Shown here in pieces: positions 1-12,843 of a stretch of DNA of 64,000 nucleotides (within the stretch, counting starts at the first letter, position 1; each line of letters opens with the position of its first letter). The notes under the pieces are model-generated. The model ran no database searches and had not been told where the DNA came from. It saw only the letters and a list, made by a program, of their open reading frames with translations. The translations under genes and the position numbers were made by a program. Origin of the DNA: Hydrolagus colliei (Eukaryota). Location: NCBI GenBank assembly GCA_035084275.1, contig CM068768.1:7812001-7876000 (forward strand), given 5' to 3'.

Positions 1-94
1 GGACTACACATCCAGTGTTATTTTCTGCTGGTTCAAAGCTCGCAATGACATCTCAAAGCACTTCACAGGATACACTGATACACTGACATATTGT

Positions 95-395
95 GAAGTC
101 CTGTAGCTCAGTGGCTAGAGCACCTCGCCTTACAAGCGGGAGACCTGGGTTCGATTCCAGGCCGGTCAGGGCGAACGAAACCTTCGGCAAGTTTCCTTAC
201 TCCTCACAATAATCCCCCCCCAACAAATTGGTCACTTCAATCCACGACTGTTTGTGGGGGATGCCGCTGTGCGCAATTGGCTGCCGCGTTTCGCCCACAA
301 ATGTACAGTCAATTCGCTTTACAGTACATTCTGTGAAGCGCTTTGAGACGTCTAGAAGATGTGAAAAGCCGTGGTACCAAATGCAAGGATTATTC
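95..395 (+). mobile_element. tRNA-derived SINE (dominant family; dozens of full and partial copies in the window)
   Basis: Head with pol III A box (tagctcagtgg) and B box (ggttcgattcc); core gctgtgcgcaattggctgccgcgtttc resembling the Deu-SINE domain; L2-like tail tgtgaagcgctttgagacgtc...aaatgcaaggattatt. Confidence 0.88.
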
Positions 396-2399
396 CTATG
401 CAGTCTCGTGTAGTGACTGTGTATTTTTGTGGGGCGGATTTTCACGCAGTCGAGTTAAAGGTGTGGACGTACCGTACACACAAACATATACATACATACC
501 CGCCACGGAACTCGCTCAGGTGACAAAATGAAGCAATGGGAGAGTCAAATGGATTTTCATCGAAGCAGCTGCCGGTCACAATACACCCATTCTCTGCGAA
601 GGTCGAAAGCTTGAGAAAGCTTCTGAACGCCAAGCGCACAAAGCCGTCGTCCTTTCAGGCTTGCGTTGTGGAGCGGAAGGGAAATGCGAAGCGTAAGGGT
701 GGATAACACTTAAGGGGTCACTTAAGAGGGGTCAACGTTGCAATCAGCGAGACGTCGACCTGTGCGGTCTCACCGTTCATTATGATAAAGATGAAGCACA
801 CAGAGAGAGAGGGGGCGGAGAGAGAGAGAGAGAGAGAGAGAGAGCGGCTTGAAGAATGTGTGGAACCTTCCCTCTGAAGAGCATTTGTATCATCAAAGCA
901 TTCCAATCGCGCGTGCAGTTCTGTTTGACACTGAGGAATTGGCTGCTGTTTGCAGATAGGAGTTTCCGTCTCGCGAGCCATCCAACTGTTTGGCAAGACC
1001 GACCTTCCGGGAACGTAGAGAGTTCAGAACATGAGAGACGGCAGGAGGAGGAGGAGGAGGAGGCCATTCAGCCCCCTCCAGCCTTCTCCATCATTCTGTT
1101 AATCTCGTAAATAAAACTCCCCTGAGATCATACTACTATAGTAATAATCCTTGCATTCGATATCGCGTTTATCACATCTTATCGACGTCTCAAAGCGCTT
1201 CACGGAATATACTGTAAAATGAATTGACTGTATATTTGTGGGCTGTTTTGGGGGAGGCGGGGGGAAGGAGGGGGGGGAAATCGGACACTCTCATGCGCGT
1301 TAGATTTTAGGAGTCCTGCAGCTTAGTGGTCAGAGCATTTGCCTGGGTTTGATTCCCGGCAGGGACAGGGCGAAACCTTGGACAAGTTTCCTTACTCCTC
1401 ACACGCACGCACGCACACACACACACACGCCTGATAATAATCCCCTCAAAGAAAACAATAATTAAATTGGTCACTTCAATCCACGACTGTTTTGTGGGTG
1501 GGGGTGTGTGGAGGGGGGGGGGGACGCTGCTGTCTGCAATTGGCTGCCCCGTTTCGCCCACAAAGTATACCAGCTTCATTACTTATTGCTAATGAACTTA
1601 AAGATGATAATTTATATTATAATACAGTCATGAAAAACGCATCCAACCTATTTCTGACATTGTAGTAAGTTGTAAAGCGTAAACCCTTTGTGGAACACCA
1701 AAAGAAAATTCAAACCGTTCACCTTTCCAAGATTTAAGAGCCTGGATCTCAATAGCATTACGCGGTCGTGTTTTTCCCACCCCTGATTGCGTTCCACCTC
1801 CTGAATGAAATGACACATTTCATTTTCACTGCGCTAGGTATCCAGCAAGAAAAATATGGGTGACACACATTTGTGCTGTACTCAACGCCAACTAGGCACC
1901 AACCCAGGGCATTTAATGACTGAGTTACTTGATTATTCCATCCATCCCCATGAAAAAAAACATGACTAAGTGAGTGCATTGGAAGGAATTTTGCTTGTCA
2001 GTGACAGTTGTTAATTAACAATGCTGGTTTTTTTTTTGTACTCTTAGTTTTGGATCATTCGCTCGCCAGACAATACTTATTCGTCTGAGTATATCCTTTT
2101 ATATATAGCACTTTGAGACTTCAGTCACCCTGGCCTGAAAGACGCTGTGTAAAATAAAACGCTGGTTAGCCATTTCTTGCTAACAGTCTCAGCTACACCG
2201 ATGGTTATAGGCTTTGTCTGTGAAACAGATACGCACCGGTTTGATTTCAGCCAAACGCTACGCTTGACGAAGTTACTGTCCGATACTTGGTGGACGGGAC
2301 GCCGAGGATCGTTCCGTTTGGAGACAGGCAAACAGAGAATTGCTCGTTAACAGGTCAACAACAACAGCAACAAAATGACACTTGTATAGAGAACGCCTT

Positions 2400-2675
2400 T
2401 CACGTCAGGAGGACGTGCTAAGCTGGACAGTCATTGTTTCAGACCCAAGCTGTTGACAGGGAGGGCGGAGGGAGGGAAAGGGGGGGGGTTTTGGGGTGAC
2501 TGATGGGTTCGTCGAAGAGGAGGGTCTTGAGGAATTGAGGGAGAGTGCTCCAGAGTTTGGGGGCGTAGTGGCTGAAAGCACGGCCTCCGATGGTGGGACC
2601 GAGGGTGCCAATGGAGGTCGGAGAGGTAGGGAGTGAGTGCCATGGGATGAGTGGATGAAATCCTCCCATCCGCAC
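2400..2675 (-). mobile_element. L2-clade LINE 3' fragment
   Basis: Degenerate ORF2 end: [20 protein letters not shown]...LKTLLF. Confidence 0.78.
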
Positions 2676-2932
2676 ACGCCACATTAAATCATTCAGAGTT
2701 CAGGAAATTGCTAGTTCTGTGAAGTCTCATCCGTCAACCTCCAAGGTTAATTGGAATTGGACTTGGAGTTGATGTGCATTTAATCTTAAACATTTCAGGT
2801 GAACCTCACCCTAGAGACCCACATCCCCCCAAGGTTTGTTTCAGTTAATAATCTTGGCATTCAAAAGCCGCCCGGCGTGGAAGTTGGGTGGGGTGGCCAT
2901 ATAAATACAAGTTGTTGTTGTTATTAAAAATA

Positions 2933-3225
2933 ATGATAATCCTTGCATTTTATATCGCGCTTTTCACATCTTATCGACGTCTCAAAGCTCCTCACAGAAG
3001 AGGCGAAACGCGGCAGCCAATCGCGCATGGCAGCGTCCCCACAAACAGTCGTGGATTGAAATGACCAATTTTATCCATGTTTTTTGGTGGGGATGGATTA
3101 TAATTATGCGTGTGAGCGTGTGGAGTAAGGAAACTCGCCCAAACGTTTGGCGCTGACCTGCCTGAATTCGAACACAGGTCTTGTAAGGCGAGTGCTCCAA
3201 CCACTGAGCGACAAGAGCTCCTGTA
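2933..3225 (-). mobile_element. tRNA-derived SINE
   Basis: Reverse complement of the same head, core and tail. Confidence 0.85.
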
Positions 3226-4609
3226 TAGGTTTGCACGTTTCCTTCCGATAAAGCAACTTCCAGAGCCAGGTTCCCTTTTTTGATGTCTTCTAATTGCCGT
3301 GAGATTCACCGAACCTTGTAGCAAGTACTTCGCGATCCTCGGTTCAAACTCTAATCTTGCTTTGTTGGCGCTACAGGCCCCCGAAGGATTAAGCCGTGAA
3401 TCTTTCAGCAGCTTAAGCGCTGTAGAGGTTTTGATGGAACTGCCTCTTAAGTGTGTCTCGGAGACGCAAGTAAATTAAACGCTGCCTTTCACCTGCCTGC
3501 TGTTCATCAATGGCAGCTTTTAATACACTCGTCTCTCAGCTGCTGCAATTATCTCTGGCCGCTGGAACAAACGCGGCGTTAATTTGGCGTTTGTCTGAAC
3601 GGTGGCGGTTTCTAAGCTTTTCAACAACAACAACACCACCAACAACAACTTGGATTTTTGTAGCGCCCTCCGGAGCGCTTCCCGATAACGGATCCCGAAG
3701 GGAGCGAGGAAGGGAGTTCCAGAGCCTCGGGGGCGTGGCGGCTGAAGTCACGGCCACTGAGGGTGGGAGCGGAGGATTCGTGGTGTAGGGGGGAAAACGG
3801 GGAGGAGGCCAGACCCGGTGGAATGAAGGCAACGGGTGCTGTTGTGAGGAGAGAGTAGGTCAGAGAGGTGGGGGGTGGGGGGTGCAGAAGAGTTCATTTC
3901 AACTTAACGATCCTGAACGTCTACCACACTCTGTGGAGTGCTATTGCGGTGTAGTGGTCAGAGCGCTCACCTCGCGAACGAGAGGAAGCGGGTTTGATTC
4001 CCGGGCGGAAGGGGCAAAACCCTTAGGCAAGTTTCCTTACTCCACGCGCCCCTCTCTTCCTCTCGTGGTAAGTAGAAACCCGGTTGGTAGTCGATTGGTG
4101 GATCACTTTCCAGGGCAAGATAATTTTATCTCCTCCCCCCCTACCCCCTACCACTTCCCCCCCCCCCCCCCCCACTCCACCAAAAAAAAAATATTTAATT
4201 ACCCAATCCATGGCTATTTGTGGGACGCTGGTGTGCGAGATCAGCTGCCGCGTATTGTCCTCAAAGTAAGGGAGGCAATCCACTCGACAATATATTCTGT
4301 GAGGCAGTTTGAGACGTGATAAGGCGCTGTATCATACGGCATTATAATAACACTTAAATGCACAAAGGAAACAGTTTTGACTCTTGGCCCTATGTGCAAG
4401 TGAGCTCCACGGCTTTTGAAGGCATCAATCTTGAAAGTAATGGGTTTCGAAGCTCTGGGAAATCAAATTTCCAAATTGATTTTCAATTTTTCATTGCGAA
4501 ACTTTGCTCTTTTTTTTTGTTGTTGCCATTCCCTCCCCCTCCCCACGCACCCCCCGAAAGGCGGGAGCTATTGTAACCAAGTCAGTAACTCGCATCCAAT
4601 CTCGAAATA

Positions 4610-4900
4610 CAAAGCAGGGTGCCTTAATCCTCGTCCTCACCTACAAGGCCTTACGCGGCCTTGCCCCGCCCTAATTAACCGATCTACTCTCCCCCTACAC
4701 GCCCACCCGGACCCTCCGTTCAACGGGACTTGGCCTGCTCCAAGCCCCCCGCCCGAACCGCCCCACCATCGGAGGCCGGGCCTTCAGTTTCTCCGCTCCC
4801 ACCCTATGGAATGCCATCCCTCAATCCCTCCGTTTCGCCTCTTCCCTTTCCTCTTTCAAGGCCGGTTTGAAGACTTTCCTCTTCGATCGTGCCTTTTGTT
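4610..4900 (+). mobile_element. L2-clade LINE 3' fragment
   Basis: accatcggaggccgggccttcagtttctccgctcccaccctatggaatgcc matches the GGRAFSxxAPxLWN motif. Confidence 0.75.
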
Positions 4901-5439
4901 CAAATACAGTCAATTCACTTTGCAGTATATGCTGTGCAGCGGTTTTGTGACACAGTCTAGAAGACGTGAAAAGGTCCGTATCAAATGCAGGGATTATTAT
5001 TATAGTGTTATTATTATTATTATTATTATTAAGGGGGGAGTGGGAGGACGGAGACGCAATAATGCATTGAATTCAAACTCCCTGTACTGTAAATAGAAAA
5101 AGCAGCGAGTATGTTTCACCGAGAGAGGTGTTTGCGGACAGTGGATTGAAGGTGGCTTCCGATCTCTTGTGAATCGCATTGTGTTGCTTCCCACATAGAA
5201 ACCAGTCAGCTGATTTAATGGCGATGGGCTTTTTATTTTGCGCACTGATGGTGCAATCAAAGATGGTGTTTGGTACGTCTGGAAACTCCTCCGAGGTTCC
5301 GCACCGTAAAGCTGAGGCTATTTATCGAACCCACCTTCAAATTCTCCCTGTATAAACTTGAGAGTCTTTGGCTCAGTGGCTGCCCAAGGTTGACGTATTA
5401 AAAACAAAAGGACTGCGTGTCAAAGCTCTCAACCTTGGC

Positions 5440-5885
5440 CCCCCCCTCTCTCTCTCTCTCTCTCTCTCCTTCTCTGTGGATTTTGGCTCCAGTGAGATCT
5501 CACCCTCTCTCCATCCCCACCCTCTTTTCCCCTCTCACCCCGCCCATTCTCTCCCCTCTCTCACCCCGCCCTCACTCCCCTCCACTCTTTCCCTCGCACT
5601 TCCCACCCGACCTCTCTCCCCCACCCCCTCTCTCTGCCACCCTCTTCTCCGCCCCTTTCTCGATCTACCCCCGTCTCTCCATTCACCCCCTCCATTTCTC
5701 TCTCTCCCCACCCCATCTCTCCCCCCCCCCACCTCTCCCACCCTCTCTCCCCCCCATCTCCCCCATTCTCTCTCCCGCTCCTTTCCCCCAATCCCCCTCC
5801 TCTCGCCCCATCTCCCCCTTTCCCATCCCTCCCCCTCCCCCCCTCTCTGCCACATCTCTCCCCCACTTCTCCCGTCTACTTCCCA
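5440..5885. repeat. Long C/T-rich low-complexity tract
   Basis: About 440 nt strongly dominated by C and T on the + strand. Confidence 0.9.
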
Positions 5886-6521
5886 CGCAGAAAGCAGTGA
5901 GCCATGCAATCAGTCAGTCTCACCCACCTCCCATCTGACAGCACCACAGGAACCCTAGTTTGTGTATCAACAGCTTTGCATCTCAACAGAGAGATCAGAT
6001 AGTGCCAATCTCTGCCTGACCCCAATACATCTCCATCTCTCTTTCTCACTCACTCTCTCTCTCTCTCTCTCTCTCTCAAAGCAAAAGAGAATATCTGTTT
6101 CCCTGGTGTTTGAGACCCTCCCCTGTTTCAGGCTCGTTATCTCTTAATTATAATCGAGCTACAATAGCTGGCTGTATTTATGTATTAATTAGTCCCGAGG
6201 CAGGAGGTGGAAAGCGCGCGTCAATCTCGCGAAGCACTTTGATGCGTCCTCCTGACGTAAAAGGTGCTCGTAGTTGGAAGGGTATTTGTTGGAGTGATAG
6301 TTGACAAAAAAATAATCACCATTTATTTTTACGGCTTTTACCCCTCGTCGTTTTCGGTCGGTCGGCCGACAAGTCGGTGCATCGATACGTTTCGCCCCCA
6401 CAAAATACACGGTCAATTCTCTTTACGGTATATCCCGTGAGGCGCTTTGAGACGTCTTGAAGACACGATAAGGCGTTGAATCAAATGCGAGTGACTACTG
6501 CTGTTATTACAGTCAGCCAAT

Positions 6522-6680
6522 AAGAACATAAGGATTAGGAGCAGGAGTAGGCCATTCGGACCTTCAAGCCTGCTCCGCCATTCAACAGGATCATGGTTGA
6601 TCTTCTCACCTAACTTTGATTACCTGCCCTATCCCCATATCCCCTAATCCCTCTATTTTTCAAAAATCTATCAATCTCGC
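6522..6680 (-). mobile_element. CR1-like LINE 3' end
   Basis: agaacataag..ggagcaggagtaggccattcgg..cctgctccgccattcaa..gatcatgg; recurs at about 54200-54390 and 58746-58890, with octamer-like tail repeats. Confidence 0.7.
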
Positions 6681-8212
6681 CCTTCACATCGGCTGGCGTC
6701 TCAAAAGTGCTTAACATCGACAACAAAGATCACACTTGTATAATAATACTTAACGATCCTTTCATTTGGTAGAGCAGCCTTTTCCCCACCTTCTAGACTG
6801 TGTCTCGAAGCGCTTCACAGAATATACTGTCAAGTGAATTGGCTGTATATTCGTGGGCGAAACGCGGCAGCCGATTGCGCACAGCGGCGTCCCCACCACA
6901 GACAGCCGTGGATCGAATTGAACCATTTATGGGGAGAGTGTTCCACCTGTGTGACTTTATTGAGGAATTCTATCAGGTATCACTGGGGAGCCAGCGATTG
7001 TGAGATGCTGAGTTTAACATTTGGGTAAACTAACTCACTAGGGGGTTGTGTTCACGAAAGCAGCAGGTAGTGGACATGTTATCACAACATGCTTCAAGCG
7101 CAAAATATTCCGCAAACGCTCATTCCAGTTTTGGTTGGAAATACTCCCTTTTGCACATTTAATCTGAGTTGATCTTTAGATCCCTTTTTGTTTCGCTCTC
7201 TATTCCCCCCTCCCCCCCCCACCACCCCCTTCATCCCCTCCTTATATACACGCGCACCTCCCTCAATAAGCAATGGATAAATTAAATCAAGAATGGATTT
7301 ATTCTGCCAGGTTGAGATCAAATGAGGTGAGGTGTGGAGGGAGTTGGGAGTGGTTGGGGGGAGGTGGAGAGGGCTTCTTGTTTTGCCCCTCAAAACGCAC
7401 AGTCAATTAACTTTACATTGCATCCTGTGAGGCGCTTTGAGACGTTCGCCCCCCAGATGTGATAGTGCCCTACATCGAATGCAATGATTGCTGTATTATT
7501 GTCATTATTTTTCTTATTATTCATTCCGAATCTCCCTCCTAATACTGTCCATTAACAGCCCATCGGGAGCTTGGACTCGAATTCCCCTGCCTTCAAGCCG
7601 TCATTTTAAACTGGCAGTTAAGAAGCAGTGGTACGCAATACGGTGTGTTAATTATCACGTATCGCATTTTCACGTCCGACTTTTCTTCGGGATCCGAACT
7701 CTCTTGGCTCTCTCCCCTCCCCCACGCCCTCCGCTCCTCTGTCCCCCCCCCCCCCCCCCCACCGCCAACCCCTCAAGCATTTTCTGATCGTCGAAATGAG
7801 GACGGCAGAGGAGACTTTTGTCTTTCGCAAAGGGGCAAGTGATCCATTAACACCAGCAGGGATGTGATATTAATCATTAGCTATACAACATTAATCAGCA
7901 GAAAGACGGGGAGAGAATGGTGATTAGCAATGACGGCAGTATAATTTTATAGCGTTTCGGCTTTCGAAACCTTTCCCATTCCACCGTTAATCACAGAGCA
8001 ATCGGTTACGCAAATCCGACTTATCTATTGGCGGTTACCAGTAGGCTTGGTATCTGTTCCTCCTTCTTCCAACCCCCACCCACCACAACTCGCCAACCTC
8101 ACCTCTTCCTGTTTTAAAAAGGTCTTGGTTTTTTTCTGGTACAAAAAGACAAGGCGGGCTGTCTTTATTCCCTTGAGGAAAATCACTCGTGATTCCCAGC
8201 TCGTGAAACCAG

Positions 8213-8772
8213 CCTGAGATTACCTACACAGCGCAGGGCGAAACCTTAATAATAATCCCTCTGCACAAAAAGAAACGATAACGATTTTGGTCACCGAATT
8301 CACGGCCGTGTGCGGGGACGCTGTCCGTGCACAAATGGCTGCCGCGTTTCGCCCGCGAACATACAGCCAATTCACTTGACAGTGTATTCCGTGGCGCGCT
8401 TTGAAGACACAGTCCAGAAGACGTGAAAAGCCGCTATATCAAATGCAAGGATTATTATTATTATCAGCACGTCTTCGGGAAGTCTCAAAGTGCTTCACAG
8501 AATATACTGTAAAGTGTAGAGACTGTGTATTTTGTGGGCGAAACACGGCAGCCGATTGCGCACAGCTGTATCCCCCACAAATATTCGTGGATTGAAGTGA
8601 TCGCTTTATTATTTTGTTTGGGTGGGGAAGGAATTATCTGCCAATCGACTAACAATTGAGTTCTTACCGGGTAAACGGAGGCGTGAGTGGAGTAAGGAAA
8701 CTTGCTCAAGAGTTCGTTCTGCCGGGAATCAAACCCGGGCTTGCGAGGCGAGTGCTCTAACCACTGAGCTAT
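8213..8772. mobile_element. Two SINE copies, tail-to-tail (+ then -)
   Basis: + copy about 8213-8463; - copy about 8480-8772. Confidence 0.78.
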
Positions 8773-9334
8773 ACAGTACATCAATTCTGATAGAAAATGA
8801 GCCTTGTTGCATATCGCTCTCTCAACGGAACGCAAATAATAATTGGAAATCGCCCTGGATAATGCACCTGTCAAGTTGGAATGTTTAGCGGCTTGTAGTC
8901 TTGCAATATTTAATGATATTGCGATGCGCGAAATGCATACTAAATACCCTCTCCATCGCTCACTGTTGCCATCAGAGCAAATCGCAGCGCAAAGGCAAAT
9001 CGTGCGCGTTTATAGTCTGAGCTTCATTGAAAGTCACGGCTGGCTGCCTTTTCCACAGTCTTGCACAATTTAGTTGAAATGTTATTGGAGTTACAACGCA
9101 ACACACAATACAATACGAGAATACGAACCAGCGATATAAGCCTTAAAAAGGGTGGAATCGTGTTGTGTTGTTTTGTTTTATCGGTCTCACGGACTGGAGG
9201 TTCGAAGAGGCTAAACAAATCCCTGGAGCTCGAAATACAAATCCTTTCTTTTTATGAAACTTGACCTGTGTCCACTCAAGTGGTTTATTCGCTCTGTGCG
9301 ATTGTGTGCACGGTTGCTTGTGTTTATATGGGGA

Positions 9335-9522
9335 GTGAGTGTGTGTGTGTGTGTGTGTGTGTCTGTGTTTGTATGTATGTGGGTGTTTGCGTGTGCTTCT
9401 GTGTGCGTGTGAGTACGCGTTTATTTGTGTGTGTGTGTGTCTGTGCGTGCGTGTGTCTGAGTTTGCGAGTGTGCGTGTTTATGAGTGTGTGCCCGCGTGT
9501 GTGTCTGCATTTGTGTGTGTGC

Positions 9523-9554
<32 letters not shown>

Positions 9555-9556
9555 TT
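9335..9556. repeat. Imperfect (TG)n microsatellite
   Basis: Directly visible. Confidence 0.93.
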
Positions 9557-9954
9557 GTTGCCAGGAGAGAATGGAACTGGAGGGTGGGTGGGCGGGGTCG
9601 GGGGAATTATCTTGTTCAGAAGCTAGCAAAATTCTGTTGCGTTGGCTCACCGTTTCCAAGATGGGTTTGCAGCTTTTCCCCAGCCCACGTCACCCGAAGC
9701 AGATATTTGGGACATCACAGCAGTTCCAGCGGCTTTATTTATGCGTTTCCTTCCCTGATTGTATTTTATTCATGAAGCACTCGAGAGCACATCCGATAGA
9801 TTCCAGTCGTGTCGTTAGCAAGTCAATTTACGCTTCCCTTCCTTCCCACCACCCGCCTTGCCCAACCCACCCTACCATCGATGGCTGAGATTTCGGATTC
9901 TACATCATTAACTCCCTCTGTCTCCCTCTCGTTCACCCCCCTGCGGGGCGAAAT

Positions 9955-10187
9955 TTGTGGGCGAAACGCGGCAGCTGATCGCACACACCAGCGTCCCCCA
10001 CAAACAGTCTTGGATTTAATTTTATTATTGTGGTTTTTTTTTTGGATGGATTATTATTAAGCGCGTGTGTGTGTGTGTGTGTGTGGAGTCAGGGAACCTT
10101 TGCAAAGTTTCACCCTGACTTGCCTGGAATCGAACACTGGTCTCACGTTTGTAAGGCGAGCGCTCTAACCACTGAGCTGCAGGAGCT
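9955..10187 (-). mobile_element. tRNA-derived SINE (3'-truncated), just upstream of the MPP2 first coding exon
   Basis: ctctaaccactgagctgcaggagctcc head in reverse, plus core. Confidence 0.82.
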
Positions 10188-10317
10188 CCACATGATGTGG
10201 TTTAACGTGAGGCCCTTGTCTTTCCCAGCTCTCCGTCCATCGCCTGACGAATAAGATCCGTTGATAGAAGTTCGTACCTGATCGACTTCCAAGAGCCTCG
10301 GGAGGACATCTGTCAAC

Positions 10318-10348
10318 ATGCCTGTGGCTGCTGCGCACACTGATTCAG
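10318..10348 (+). CDS. MPP2: MPP2 first coding exon ([10 protein letters not shown]+G, phase 1)
   Basis: caacATG, then TCAG|GTGAGT donor. Upstream acceptor tttcccag at 10221-10228 implies a 5'UTR part. Resembles the recalled human start MPVAATNSET, and G+CT gives Ala with the exon at 24081. Confidence 0.85.
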
Positions 10349-12256
10349 GTGAGTTGGGGCTTAATTTCTTTCCCCGCGTCGGTTTGGCGTTTGGCGTTTG
10401 GTGTTTTAGACCTTCCTCATCGATCGTGCTTACGGTTACCTCCTCCCTCCCTCCCAAAGGCTCATTGCCGGGCTCTGCCACTGCGCTCATGAGACTATCC
10501 GTCTCCCAGCCTGGAGGGCGCCCGATAAAACGCAAGTTGTTGTTGTGTTGTATCCAGCGCGCCACGTGCACGGGACAGTGAGGCCCAAAAAACAAAAGTT
10601 GCATTTGATGCGGCGCCTTATCACGCGTTCGAGACGTCTCAAAGCGCTTCGCTGGGCTACGCTGCAAACAGAAGCGACTGGGAACACTCGGCAGGTCAGG
10701 CAGCATCTATGGCGAACAGGAAAATCTGCCAAAGTCTGCCAACTTTTCGGGTCAGAACTAAGACAGCGAGTTTCAGTTTCGATGCCCTCTGCCAATGCCA
10801 TTTTTGTTTGTGGTCGAGTTCCCATCCCTGACCTTTGTGAACTGGATTCCGGCTGTGTTACACGCTTACAACTTAAGATATTCTCTTATCCGCGGTTTTC
10901 GGGGTTCCCTCGTTAAGGGATCCTGTTCAGGAGCAGCGCAAACCAGACGATCGACAGCTACCTCCCTCCCAATTCCCCGTTCTTTCCCACCCCATCCTCC
11001 ACCCCCCCCCACCCCCCCCCGACCCCCCCACCCAACAAGCCCTTGAACAGATTGCTCCTGTTCTGTATGTCTATCCCATTTCCCTTTGGTTAGTCTGGTC
11101 TCCACTTCGCTCGCCACGCATGTGGTTGGACACGTTACGCACTGTGGTGCCATTTGATCCACAGGTAGCGATTGACAAGTTACACGTTTGATCCTGGGTT
11201 GAGTTACACTTCGCGCTGTCTGACTATTTGCCCTTTACTACTGTGGAGCATCCTGCAGCTCAGCGGTTAGAGCGCTCGCCTTACAAGCGTGTGAGAGACT
11301 CGGGTGTTCGTATCCAGGCAGGTCTGGTCAGGGCGAAACCTTGGGCAAGTTTCCTTACTCCGCACACACACGCACACACACACACGCACCTGATAATAAT
11401 CCATCCAAAAAAAAACAACACAATCATTTATAAAAATTGGTCATTTCAATCCACGACTGTTTGTGGGGGACGCTGCTGCGCGCAATTGGCTGCCGTGTTT
11501 CGCCCACAAATACACAGTCAATTCACTTTACAGTATATTCTGTGAAGCGCTTTGAGACATCTATAAAATGTGAAAAAGCGCTGTATCAAATGCAAGCATT
11601 TATTATTTTTAATTCTATTGATTGATTGATTGACTTATTGGACTTAACAGTGACTGACTGATGGCCTCTGCCCTTTCCTGCACAGCTGCTCAAAGTCCGA
11701 CGTTACACGTGGGGTTAATGGTCAAATATAAGATGGAGACTTGGGGAATTCAGAAGAGAAATTAGGCGGAATGACTTCAAACGGAGCAGAGTTTTTGAAC
11801 GTGTTATCCTTGTTAGAAGGGGTGTGTGAGGGAGTCAGTAATGGGTGAATACTCATATTTTTGTCTCCCGTGTATTCGGTTGCCATTTCGCTCGCTTGCC
11901 ACCTGGCTGCGAGCGAGCGAGATGAGAGCGAGAATGAGAGCGAGAGCTACCTCCCTCCCTGTATCATGTCAGCTGCCAAGCTAGCCGTTGCCCTGGAAAC
12001 TAATATTACAGTAGCATCTCCTGAAGGCATAACATGTGGACGTGAAAAAAAAGTATATACTGTGTGTGTGTGTGTGTGTGTGTGTATATACATATATATA
12101 TATATATACAGAGCTGTGACTGGGCAGAAGAGAGGAACTGATTCTCTGAGTAAATAGGCACTCCTATTATGATTGAAATGACTGTACGATTGTACTTGGC
12201 TAGTCACTGTAAAACAGGGGGATTGATTGAAAGCTCTGTGTGTGTGTGTGTGTGTG

Positions 12257-12302
<46 letters not shown>

Positions 12303-12802
12303 CGTACGGTCCGTTGTGTAATCTGCCCGGCATCTCTTAAAAGAGTCGAGTGGCAGCTTTTTGTCTCTTTCGCCCCAAAAAAAAACATCCAGTCCGTTCA
12401 CGTTTGCGGTATATACCCTGAGACGCGCTTTGAGACAGTCTCGAAGGCGTGATAAGGCGCCGTATCGAACGCAATGAGCGAATAACATTGTCAATGTCAT
12501 TATTTTTATTATTGTATCCTTCCCCCCCCTCCGCACCCGAAGGGGCGCGATCAGTGCTGTTCAGAGAATGAACGAGTTCACGTCCAGTCGATGCTAACCG
12601 TTCACCACCTCCGGAGGGAGCTCCTGAGACGTCCCAGAGCGCTTCAAAGAATATACCGTGAAATAAATTGACTGTATGTATATTTCTGGACGAAACGCGG
12701 CGGCCGATTGCGCACAGCAGCGTCCCCCCCCCCCCACCCCCACACACAGTCGTGGATTGAAACGAGCAATTTTTTTTTGAGGGATTATTATTAGGCGTGT
12801 AC

Positions 12803-12843
<41 letters not shown>

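Noticed and set aside
95-175. tRNA-like sequences with A and B boxes (many copies)
   Set aside because: They run into the SINE body and are degenerate, so they are SINE heads rather than tRNA genes.
5368-5958. Pro/Ser/Leu-rich ORFs and their Gly/Arg/Glu-rich antisense ORFs
   Set aside because: Artefacts of a low-complexity tract that lacks stop codons.
9268-9888. 206-aa Cys/Val-rich ORF
   Set aside because: Translation of a (TG)n microsatellite.
11437-11625. Recurrent short ORF family (ISIHDCLWG...[11 protein letters not shown]...)
   Set aside because: Translation of the SINE core, not a gene family.
11966-12026. Possible further MPP2 first exon ([20 protein letters not shown]+G, phase 1)
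   Set aside because: It would need a weak GC donor (AAG|GCATAA) and I recognise no homology. Only junction reads 12026>24081 could rescue it.
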